From the NCBI GenBank assembly GCA_030390025.1, contig CM059450.1, positions 1,302,001-1,366,000 on the forward strand: a stretch of 64,000 bases of DNA, written 5' to 3'. Below the pieces are notes generated by a model. It was given only the letters and a program-made list of their open reading frames with translations, was not told the DNA's origin and did no database searches. Source of the DNA: Squalus acanthias. Lineage: Eukaryota. Numbering within the stretch: the stretch's first letter is position 1; every line of letters starts with the position of its first letter. The translations under genes and the position numbers were made by a program. Shown here in pieces: positions 26,530 through 38,436 of the stretch.

Positions 26530-27897
26530 GTAAGCACATTTAAAAAAAATTCTACATGCCAGCAATCATTGCAGTTATTGCTCTATAGAAAGACTGAAGA
26601 AGCAGTTTATTCACTGGCTATTTTAAAACCATTTCCAGTTAGTGACATTTTCCACAATCAGGCTTTTTTGCTGTTCATTTCAGCAATACTGTAGTCTAGA
26701 TGGGCAGTAATTTTCACCACCCTCTTCACTAACCTTTATTTTATTTTATAGTACTTCCTGGTAGCCATTTTATGGTGTATCGGTGTACTTTTTATTGACT
26801 CTTCACTTACTCACTTATTTGCCTTTTATTAGTCCACTTCACTGAACCTTAAACTAAGTCCAGAGCCCAGAATTGTAGCCATTTGTCGAGCCTTTTGCGT
26901 GGTTGCTTTTACTGACTAGCTGTATCTGTGGTCCAGGCTCACTTTGCTTGTGCCAGTACTTGATGCTGGGGATCAGTTGGTTTGCTTATTCCTGATGCTG
27001 TCTGCTCTTTCAGTCCAATAGATTTCTGGCTGATGGTCACTAAACTTGGAAAATGTTGCTGGTCTGGAATTGGTTTTTAGTCACAGGAAACTATTCAATA
27101 TAAAAGACTAATATATTTTGAAAAATGTTTGAGATTTTTCAATTATTGGGCAGTACCTCCTTTCCTCAAGAATACAGTTTATCATACTCAGTGATCTGTT
27201 CTGTACTACTGTGGAAATAAATTTATTCATCTCTCTTCCTCCTCCTTTTCCCAGACTGCTTGTTTTTAAATTATACACCACTCCAATGTCGAGTTCCTAG
27301 TGTTATTTTAATTCTGCATTTCATCTGCAGGAAACTTTAAAAAGCAATTTCCAAGGTGAATGTTTTTCATTTATTGTTTGAGAGCTTGCTGGCAAGCTTT
27401 TTAATCACAGAGCTGCTATTCAAAGCCATTTGTGCTGCTGAGCAGTTTAGAGGGAGAAAAATATATCAGTGGGGATTAAAAAGGAACATGGCTGGCCACT
27501 GCTTCCTAACCCCTACAATAACCGTGTGCTTTGCAGGCAACTTAACTATTCTGCAGTCCTTCTGTGTATTAGTATAAATAGCCCTTGTTAAATAAAAAAT
27601 ATTCCTTTTATAAGATGCTGCACCGTGTATGTGCATGTTAATTTTTTTCCAACAAGGGCAGTTTAAACTTGATAGAAGAATTACTGTACAGATGCAGATG
27701 GGTTTGAGTCAGGATAACGACTTGCTCGCTCGTGACCCTGCCGTCTTTGCATTTGCTGCTGCCACAGTTTGAAGTGGAGAGGAGGGTCATGGGCTGTCAA
27801 CAAAGCAACGTTGAGGTTTCTTCTAGTTATCTTCCCCTCTTCCCCCTCCCCCCCAATTTATCTGGCTATTTCAAAAGAAAAGGTATTAACCTCCTAC

Positions 27898-28053
27898 AAT
27901 AGCAAATTACTGCGGATGCTGGAAATCTGAAACAATAACACAAAATGCTGGAAACACTCAGCAGGTCAGGCAGCATCCCTGGAGAGAGAAACATTTCTCT
28001 CTCTGCGGATGCTGCCTGACCTGCTGAGTGTTGCCAGCATTTTCTGTTGTGGT
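27898..28053. repeat. Palindromic (fold-back) repeat with a 16-bp target-site duplication; related copies about 17690-17870 and 28400-28520
   Basis: About 50-bp inverted arms; GGTATTAACCTCCTAC direct repeat at 27882-27897 and 28054-28069. Confidence 0.85.
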
Positions 28054-31000
28054 GGTATTAACCTCCTACCTTGCTTATAAATGGCTTTGTAGAGGCTGCA
28101 AGATACTGCAGATTTCTCCCATTTACATTGTGGGCAGATTCAGAGTACTGGCAGCAACTCTGAGGCAACTGCATATGCACCTGATCACACACCGTGGTTC
28201 ATGAGTCCCCTTTGTAACCTTGAGTTTCTGTTCATGAATCTTCACTGGTGTTGAGGGAAATTCCACACCGGTAGCCATGTGATAACCAGCTCAGCATCAA
28301 TTCCTAGGTCTGCCTTTGGTCTTTCCAGCCCCACTGACTCCAATGTCAAATGGGTTCATGCAGGCAGTTCAAAGAACAGCCTCTTATATTGGCAAAAAAA
28401 CAAAATACTGCAGATGCTGGAAATCTTATAAACAAAAACAGAAGAAGCTGGAAATACTCAGCAGGTCAGGCAGCATCTGTGGAGAAACAATCAGTCGATG
28501 TTTCGGTGACCTGAAATGTCAACGGATTGACTTTTATATTAGCATTTGCTGCTTTTCCTGCAAGCCCTTTGGAAGCTGTTTCAGAAAGAGACCAGGTCTC
28601 CATTTTCTGAATCGGACTCTAGCAGACTACAGCAGAATGAGGCAACTGACAATATAAACATGGGAGATTGGTGCATGGAGTCAATCTGGTATTTGTCTCC
28701 TATACAAGGTAAATGTAATTTGAACCAACAGCAAACACTTTGACTCTGTTATCTGGTGATTAAAAGCCTGTTGATGATTTCTGCTTGGCATTAAGAAAGT
28801 TTAAGAACCTCCAATTTGAGACTTGTTTTCCTTGACTAGATAAGTTTGGTACATTTACATTGAAGAAGTGCCCCTGATGGCAGTAATAGCCAATAGCATT
28901 CTATAATGTACCCGATACCATTGTGGATCATGCAATCTGCCATTAGGTCTCATTTAAAAAAAAAAAGCTACACCTGCGGAGCCAGACTCCCTTTTTAATT
29001 TAGGAATCGCTGGTCTCCAGCCTTTAGGCATCGATTTGGGGCAACAGTATGAAGGATAGTAGCAGCTAAGGATTGCAGATCTCCATTTGGATGCTGCTTC
29101 CCCAGGGTCCCTTATTAGAATATAATAGTGCCTTGAGCTAGCTATTCACAGAGGAGGGCAGCAAAAGGGATATTACTGGGGGAGGGGGGTGGAAATATTG
29201 GCTAAGATGTCTACATCTAATCATTATCCAGTGCTTCCAATGGAAAGTATGCGTGTGAACATTGGGCAAAACAGGATTGGACTTGGCTGCGATGCACCTC
29301 ATGGCACATTAGATTGCTGGTACTCTCTATCTGGGCTCACACTTGAGCAAGGTACTGTGGAGTGACCACCACATGTGGAACAGTATGCCAGCAAGAGGTA
29401 GCAAATTTAGGAAAGGAGCAAAATTAATTAGTGCTAGGAAATAATCACTGGAGGAATGTTTAATGTATTGAGTTTGTATTGTTTGGGAGTTGGAACTTTC
29501 TTTTTAATGTTTTTTATTGGTGATGATCTATCACAGCTTTCATGATAGACATGAAAATGTTTGGGAGGGTGAGAGGAGAGAGATGACTACTTGTAATTTT
29601 ACTTATTGCAATACGCCAATTTATGATTTACGATTGATGAAAAATGTTTGTGTATATTGGTTCTGTTATGATTACATCTTTTTAGAGTAAGTTTTTAAGA
29701 GAAAATCTTCCTTTTTATTGTCCTGTACAGCAAGTTTAAAAAATAAAAATAAAGACAAGTTAACGCTGCAAAGTTTTGTGCTATGGAGTCCTGGGCTAAT
29801 GGGTAGGTGCTGATAAATAACCCAAATGCTGCACTCCTGATCTGCCTTCCCCTGCCCACCCAGCTGGAACCATTCTTGTGGACTTTCCAGTGTTGGGCTC
29901 AAGCGGCTTGATATTGCCCACATACCCATCCTCTTGCCTAGCAAGTGATGCCATACAGCTGGTGGATTGAAGTGGCTGATGAGCTTGCAGAAACCAGCTT
30001 GAGGTTTAAAGTCGAGGGAAAGTCTAACGGAGTTGAGCGATATTTTTTTTCTCTAGTTATGGACACCTATTGTTTTGGGGGTCTCCTTTACTCTTCAGCA
30101 TCTCTGTGACTTGTGTGCAGGGAGGGTCACAGACATTACAGAGCTGCCCCATTCACTGCACAACAGTCGGTGGTTCTACCCAGCCTGGGAGCCAATTGAA
30201 GCCAGGCAACCCCAGAAACAGCACTACTAGCTGTCACAGAGCTTTGAGTCGGGATGGAGACCTAAAGTAGCAGGACTCTGCCAGAAAATCTCACATGAGC
30301 GATACTCCCTCTAGACATTCTTACCCCTTTCTGAATTTGTACAATTGATTGTAAGTGACTGTACAGGCCAGGAAATTGGGATATTGTCTCTTTAAAATAA
30401 TAGATTTTAAATATATTTTGAAGTTTAATCTTTTCTGTTTCTATCTTTATGGTGGGTGGGAGGTATGGCTCGCAGAGATGGAGTCAGAATGTGATTTGAT
30501 TGGTTATGTTTGTGTTTTTCCAGAAATACAGGGGACCAATCGCCACACAGTATTCTGATGTTTTATATGATTAACTGTCTCACTAAAACCACTTCATGCT
30601 AAAAAAGGGTTAGGAAAAACATGTTTTTTATCCCTTTCCTTTTGATTTTACGACTAATGAAGCAACATTTTTAATACTGAGATAAACCTTTCTGGTGACA
30701 GATTTGACCAGATTCCTCTCGTCCCCACACCTTTTGCTTTTAATCGTGAATTTCACAGCTGTCTTTGCATAGTTGCTATTCTGTACAATGGGTCCTCGGA
30801 GTCGACCGCAGATATCCAGCTCACGGAGACACATCATGCATTGGTGTGCTTGCTGTGTATGGTATCTGTGAGACCACTGCTAACCACGTCCAAACTGCTC
30901 TGATTGGGAAAAATCAAACTGAATTGATGATGAGGAGTGGCTTGCAAGAATGTCCAGGGATCCTCAGTCAGGGTGCAATCATTGCTAGAATGGACACCAC

Positions 31001-33404
31001 AGCAACATTTAAGCTAAATAGTGGTCAGTGAGCTACTTCAACTAAAAATGTCTGGGATCTTTATATTTACTAAGTATTAAATGAAAGTTGGATAGTTGGA
31101 AATTAATGTTCATTCTCCTACTGAATATATTTTTGTTTGCTAATTTATTTTACCCCTTGAAGCTGTTGCCTTGCTGAGTTATGGTTCCATAAACACCTTC
31201 CAGTAGCTCATTTAAGTGCTGTTAATTGCTCTTTGAGCCTAGATAATAAGTGTTGGCAGGCTATTCGACTCAGTGTTCAAACCTTCACCTGCTTTGATTA
31301 TGCTCAGAATTTCTTTTTTTTTTAGAAACAAAGTACCTACAGGTTAACCGTGCCATTAATTTATCAAAAATGAATCACTAGCTCCCAACATTTCAGATAA
31401 AGGTACTGCCCCAAAGTCTAAAAGGTCCCGTGTCGATGCCAAGACTGTGCTAAGTTAGTTGATCTCAACCAGGGCAGCAGTTATGGTGTAAACATCAGCC
31501 TCAGTGCCCCATAGGTTATGAAGGGGGAAAATTGCCCATGGTTCCTGCTCCTGATTGCTCTCCAGTGATCACTGTATGGGCATCTGGTGAAGACAGGATC
31601 GGACTTGGCTGTAATGCTCCCGAAATCTCTCAACCTGCCAAAACTAACTGCCTTGGCTCATGCACAAAGAATGGTCATTTGTCCGAGGTATTGAAGGGCA
31701 GCCAGAGCCCATGGAATCATGCCCAAGCAATAGACATCGCTTGTAGACAAGAAATTTCGAGAGGGGAAGGTAATTTAGAAAAAACCTAGTAGATAAATGA
31801 TCGGATACTTCACAATGCTGGAGTTCTCCCATGTTGATATGTTGAGGAAAACCTTAGACAATTGCTGAAATTTCATATAATTTCAGCAGGGCTACATATA
31901 TATTGCTTGTAATGTAAACAGGGACCTCCAGATTAACTGCTCCATTAATCAAAGACAAATCCTTAGCTCCTGCTGTGATGTTTGTCATTTGCTTCTCAGA
32001 AAATCACAGCCGTTTCATTTTGTTTAATGGAAATTTATAAACATGCAGGACAGTCGAGAAAGAAAGCTAAGATGAGCAATCTTTTCCCCAGTTTTATCCA
32101 GTTAGTCAGGTTTAGAGTAGCTATCATGAGCAGAAATGAGAGTTATCTCTATCAGTCAGACTAAAACACATAAAACTATATAATCCAGGATTGAATTAGT
32201 CCATTTCTTTGCTCTCTTGACTGGAGGGGTCTGTTTCATTTGAGTGCTGTGCCAGGTGAATGGAGTGATATGAAGTACCTTGTAGTCTGTGGTCTTTTTT
32301 GTTTCTGTGGCTGGTGTCTGGTCCGCTGATTGGCCTCACAGCTCTTGGTCAAGAATAGAGGGAAGCGTTCAAATGGAGCCCAGTCATTCCAAATTGGATA
32401 ATGCTTTGCCTTGATAACTAGCCCATAGCAGACTCCATAAAATGGTATGTAGTTATTGGAGCAAAGATTTTGTAGCATCATCTGTGGGCCTGAGTTCAGG
32501 GGAACTGATTCTTGCAAACGGCTTCGCGTCATTTACAGATGATGAATAAGGTTGTAGATCCTCTAACGCAGCATGAAAACAACTACCCTCGACCAATCAC
32601 TTCAAGCATGATTGTTTTTTGCTGCTGAAACTGTGTTATTATGTGCACTGTGGTATATTGGGATATAGTGCATGTATTCTTATGGGTTAAATTGTGTTTT
32701 CTGTCTATGAACACATATAGGAGTATTGCCTTTTTTTGATTTCTCGTTTTTTATATTTGTATCTAGTAACGTTTATTTATCATTCTTCTGCAGGGGTTGA
32801 TCTACTTTTTTGACACTGCTCATCTGTTGCTTGTATTTATTGCAGTTCTGAGGCCAGGTTAAAACGACGAGTTACTTGGGCTACCTCCATCGCACCTTCC
32901 TCCAATTATTTACCACCCCTCCATATAGGCCCTAACTCCAAAGAATAAAACTCATGTATATTAAATTATTAGTAAGTTGCTGCTAAAGTGCCATGGGCTT
33001 CAATGTCCACATTATGTCCAAAGCTGACTAAGTCAAACCTATGTGTGCGCCAGATGCTAAATTGAGGAGAGGTGATTTTAGGGATAGTTAGAACTGAATT
33101 GGTTGAATTTCTGTTATCTGTACAAGATGGGGTTCTCTAAGAGCTGTTGATGCGGGATGGGGGAATGCCTCCTGTTTGTTGGTTTCGTGGGGTGGGTTTT
33201 CCATTCTGAGTCCACATGTCACAGGAATATGACACAATAATCCCATGTTTAAGATTTCCTGAATTTGAAGAACTTTTATGTCCTGTTCTTTCAAGACCTG
33301 TTGTTTTCCACTCTGGTTCTCTCCTTCCTTCTCTGCAGGTGTGGACTCCTGCTTCGTGATTATTCCATAATACAACAGAAATTACATTTATTGAAGAAAG
33401 GGAG

Positions 33405-33836
33405 AACTTACATTTATACAATGTCTTTTCCATCCTCGGGGCATCTCAAAGCACTTCACAGCCAATGCAGTATTTTGAAGTATAGCCACTGTTGTTATCT
33501 AGGCAAACTTGGCAGTCAGTTTGTGCACAGCAAGGTCCCACAAACAGCCATGAGATAAAAGACTAGTTCATCTCTTTTGGTAGTGTTGGTTGAGGGATAT
33601 ATGTTGGCCAGAAGACCAGGAGAACTTCCCCTGTTCTTCTTCGAATAATGTCATGGAATCTTTTCCATCCACCTGTACAGGGCTCAGTTTAATGTCTCAT
33701 TTGAAAGGTGGCACCTCTGACAATGCACCACTCCCAGTACTGCACTGAAATCAGCCTAGATTATGTGATCAAGTCTTGGAGCGGGACTTGAACTAATGCC
33801 CTCCTGACTCGGTCAAAAGTGTTGCCATTGAGCCAC
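33405..33836 (-). mobile_element. SacSINE1/AmnSINE1-like DeuSINE
   Basis: Deu-domain remnant (GTGCAGTACTGGGAGTGGTGCATTGTCAGAGGTGCCACCTTTCAAATGAGACATTAAAC on the - strand), tRNA-like head, L2-like tail. Confidence 0.8.
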
Positions 33837-33869
33837 TCTGATAGTTAGCACTCAGTACAAGTCAACATA

Positions 33870-34250
33870 TAGCATCTCTAATGTAGCAATATTTTCCAAA
33901 GTACTTGACAATGGGGGTCAGACCTGAGTAGGTGGGAGGTTAAAGAAAGCAGATGGCAGCACTGTTGAAGTAGTTTTTAGGCTTTTTAAGGAGAGATGTA
34001 GTGTGCCAAAGCAGGTTAGAGAAGGAAAGATAAGAACGAAAAAACCACATTCAGTGGACCAGAGTTGTAAGAGCAGAGAGTATGTTCAGGAATGTAGGGC
34101 AGAAGGAAATTGTAGAGGTGGGAAGGAGCAAGACTGTGGAGGAATTTGAAGTCAAGGATGAGGATTTTGAAATTGCTGCACTAAAGTATGGGAAGCCAAT
34201 GAAGGCTAGCAAGGTTAGAGGTATGGGATTTTGTTCAGGATAGGATGTAG
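33870..34250 (-). mobile_element. Degenerate L2 3' fragment
   Basis: Similar to 24900-25325. Confidence 0.55.
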
Positions 34251-37200
34251 TATTAGAAATAATCATTTAAATTTTAATTTAAAGATTGACGTTTTCTCAT
34301 TTGGCATCCATTTCAGACTTATTACCAAATCTTGACCTGTTTTTTCCTAACAGTCCATCCCAACTACATTTTTTGAAACTGTTATCACAGTATTGTCATG
34401 ACATTGTACTGTCTGCAATTGATTTCAATTTTATTTCTGTTAATGTTATGTAAATACTATTCTAACAGGAAGATGGTTTAATAAGTGTAATCACCCATTC
34501 ACTTATGTACACGTCACAGTCGGCACCCTTACTTATATTTTCCTTTCCAGTCCCTACTGCTGTCTCAGCTAATTTAAGATAATCTCTGATAAGATCACTT
34601 TCATCACCAGAGTTTTACTTTGATGAATGAGCAGAACATGGTCAGTTATCAGGGTTGAGAATAATTTTCCGCCTTGTATTTGGGCAGTTCTGTCCAGCAT
34701 GACCCCCTTTGCATTAATGATGTGTCGTGGGCAGCAAGTGCCCAATCCCCCTGCCACCACCAGCACATTATCAATATAAAGCGGGTGAACTGAGGTCCCT
34801 GGAGTTGCTGTCAGGGGCAGCACAAAATGTGGGTCGCCTTCCTTTTGACTGATTAATGGGCCCATTAGTGCACTCGGCCAAAGAAAAACCAAGCGTGTGG
34901 AACTGTTAGATCGTGGGTACCAGCAAGATGAAAATGGCTTCAGTAATGGAGATTGCACAATGCATGAGAAGTAGGTAGATATGACAAAATGCAAGTTAAC
35001 TTTTACTATATATTGTACTTTTGCAACAAAACAGTATTTGTGAATTGAGCTTCATTTTTAAATTCTGGATTTTAAAAATCTTAAATACTCACTTCTTGAA
35101 GACTGCCGTGTGATAGCGTGTCGCTATCAATCTAGAAAAATAGCGTGGGACCTTCACTAAGGCACATGGAAAATATCCTCTTGTAGATTGGAAATATTTA
35201 AATGTAGCTGCGCACTTGCTTTTAATTCCTGCGTTAAAACATTAACATTAACCAGGTCTCTGTGTACTGTTAAAAGGGAGACCGTCATTTTATTTAATCA
35301 TTTTTGGGTGAATTTTAACATTTATCAAGGTAGGGAATGATCCTGTTTGAAAATTAAAAATTCAATTTTCTTTTCACTTGATGTTTGTTACATTGGATAC
35401 TCAGAGGTACAGTACTGGTTAGATGCAGAGTAAAGCTGCTTATATACTGTTTGAGCAGAACACTTCAACCCCAACTTGTATTTTTAAAGCGCTCCTCATG
35501 CTTCAACATCCAGCATGAGAAGAGCAGCCTGTACTGTTTCATTGTGACATTTCCATTTCCTATACTCACCATCCTTATGACCTCGCTGAGCAAGATTGCT
35601 AGTTAGTGCTGAATTACATTTCATTTGTACTGTGGACTTCTGCCCATTAGGAGCTGGATCGCAACTGCCAAAACGAATTTCTCTTGGGGCTGTTATAGCT
35701 GTGAGAGGAGACTTTCATGCCATCTGTCTGTGCTGGCTTGAACCCAGGTTTCAGAGGTGAAAAGGACAGTGTTCTGACTGTGCCACCCATTCCCCAAAAC
35801 AGGGACTCCTTTCAGTGTAGCCTTGAAGTACATGTGATTGGACAGTTCCCTGTTAAAATATGCTGTGGTTTAGAGAATCCAGGAATTGAGTGGTATTAGT
35901 TGACTTGTGTTTATTAGAATAGTTTGGGTGGAATAACTTCCACGTGTCCCGTGTCCATGGGTTTGTGGTAAATTGTTGAAGCTTAGATAGTTCTTGGCTT
36001 TGCTGGCAAACCTACAAAAGCATCTCTCCACTGACTGACTGCATCATTATCTCTACAACAGCCCCTTTCACACCATCAAAAATTGCATTTCTTTGCAAGA
36101 AAAATGTCATTAATTATCACACACTTGATCCATACGCTGAATGTTTACAGTCCGAGCTTTAGTTCTGTCGAGGCTTTCAGGGTTGGTTTATTTCTTTCTA
36201 CGTAGCTCAGAAAGTTCCAGCTTTGATGTGGTCAGTTAGTTTTCCACTGGCTCCTTTCACAGTCTGTTCTGTGGCAGCTGAAAGTTGTCTCTCACGCACA
36301 CACATTAAATTTAATTAACAGCAGTCTTCTTGGCATCAAGACTGACAAAAATAGGGAACGGCATTAAGCAGGAAGGTAGGGGGAGTGAGTTGCACTTGGG
36401 TTTCTTGCATTTCAAAATCAAATGGATACTATTGATGAACTATTTTGATTTCTTTCATTATTATAATTACATTTTCACAAAAAAAATGTCAGTTTATTTA
36501 GAATACTTGCTGTGTTTTGCTCCCCATCTTTCCTAAAGGGCTGATTCTGGCTGGTGTGTGGTTCCACAGGCTCTGTCAACTCTCTGGTACTTGTCCAAGA
36601 GACCTAGACATTTAGTGTTGCCAAGCTAATTGTTGGGAAGTCACAGCTGAGCCTGATGCTGTCCTCTATTAATTGGATTTTCCAGCAGAGGTCAGTGGAT
36701 AACCATCAGCAGCAGGATCCCTGACTGATTTCCCAACCCCCCACCGAGCCAACGCAGCTTGGAAAAAAAGAAGCCAGTTGTTGCCCACCATTGCTCCACC
36801 TGAAATCAACTGTAGTTACTTAGTGCTATGATGGCGCTACTGGCTCACCGTACGTGGTCTCGTGCAGCTGGCGACAACAGCTAAGTAAACTTGTCAGATT
36901 CCTGAGGACCACAGCCAGCAAGATCTGATAAGAAACTGATGTTCATGGCTACTTACCTTAGCGAACTGGACAAATATCCTTTAGCGTTTCCATTAGCTGT
37001 GCAAAATGCGTGCTTCGGGACCCAACAGTGGTAGAGCAATTTCTGAAATAGCTGAGAAGCTAGCTATAGAAAACGCACAGGCACACGTTAAAGAAAGAGT
37101 TACAATTCACAGTGTACTGACCTCCGTGTGCTTTCAGTAGTTCTATATCTTGCTCTTTGCTGCTTTCATCCATCCCTTTCCTCTTACCCCCATAAAAAGG

Positions 37201-37307
37201 CTGCCCCCAAACTCCCGATTACTAATGAGCAGCCCAAGTAACGAGTACAGTTTTGTTTGGCCTCGCCGCTTACTTTTTTATTTTATTTTTTAATTTTCCA
37301 AGAAACA

Positions 37308-37510
37308 TGCATGAGGATGAGAGAGAAGAGTATTGCTGATTGTGGTCATGTACTTGTTCTATTTATAATGATGTGCATGTTGTTCTCCCCCCTTCTCCCG
37401 CCGCATGCAGGGATTCGGGTTCGTAACTTTCGAATCTAGTGCTGATGCCGACAGGGCGAGGGAGAAATTACACGGCACGGTGGTTGAGGGCCGTAAAATA
37501 GAGGTGCATG
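37308..37510 (+). promoter_or_regulatory. RBFOX-binding (U)GCAUG cluster around the 93-nt exon
   Basis: TGCATG at 37308-13 and 37374-79, GCATG at 37403-07 inside the acceptor, TGCATG at 37505-10 overlapping the donor. Confidence 0.9.
37411..37503 (+). CDS. RBFOX2: RBFOX2 93-nt RRM cassette exon ([31 protein letters not shown])
   Basis: gcatgcAG acceptor, GAG|GTGCAT donor; carries most of RNP1; length and position match the known autoregulated Fox exon. Confidence 0.97.
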
Positions 37511-38413
37511 TCTTAAAAAAAAATTGTTTCCTTCTATACATTTATTTTAAATGTCTTGCCTCACCTTTTATTTTATACACTGGTTGTTCGATGGTCATCT
37601 TATGTGCGTCATTGTTCTAACTCCCCCCTTACCCCCCAATCTCTTTCTTGCACTCTTTAATTTACACAGTAATTCCTCCAGCCTTGCTGACCAGAATTAT
37701 GTTTGTGTTTTTTTTGGCCTCTGTTGTGCAAGGCTCCTTTTCTGTTTTGTTTTTGCAATGAGAATGTCCAGTTTTACCTCTATGTCTTTCAAAGCAGGGT
37801 GCAAGTAGGTTCCCCTTGTTTTCTGAGGTAAAACTACCGAAACACAAAAAGAAATGAGTCAGTTTTCTTCAATGCAGTGCTGAGGGGTGAATCCATCAGT
37901 GGAGCTAGCCTCTCCTTTTGTAAACAAGAGGTTCTGTAGAGCTTCTTTGGACTGCCTTTCCAAACAGCTGCAGATGGCCATAGAGCAGTGGTCAAAACTG
38001 CTTGAAATGTTCATCACTAAGTTACCTGTATCACAAATTATTAAAAGGTGAATAATTAAAACAAAAAATAACTTTGACATTATCCCTCCCCTCCCATTAA
38101 AAAAAAAAACTTGTGTACAAGTCTAGTTATTGTCTCCTGGGCCTTGGGTCTATTGCGAACCAGTTAAATCTGTAAACAACTTGGAGTACGCTTGTCCAAA
38201 GAGGGTCTGAAACCTTGTTAATGTTTCGTGATTTTGGATAGAATTTTCTTAATTCCAAATGAACTTTAGGCCTGGGATTTCCTCCTCAGCTCTGCCTTGT
38301 ATGCAGACTGGTCTTTATGAATCATTTAAAGCCTTTTGAGTAAGATGTTTGCATATTTTGCTTTTTTTTATATATTTCCCTCCTCGATGGTGTAGCGTTT
38401 AGGGCCCTTCACT

Positions 38414-38436
38414 TGAGTCACAGTAACCATGGTAAC
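38414..38436. promoter_or_regulatory. Adjacent AP-1 site and RFX X-box
   Basis: TGAGTCA at 38414-20; GTAACCATGGTAAC at 38423-36. Confidence 0.4.

Noticed and set aside
28400-28540. Penelope-type hammerhead ribozyme in the palindromic repeats
   Set aside because: GAAA-like halves are present but no CUGANGA core was found in any of the three copies.
33300-34560. Strong-looking acceptors at 33338 and 34550 as cryptic exons
   Set aside because: No well-placed donor or other support; long introns contain many such pseudo-sites.
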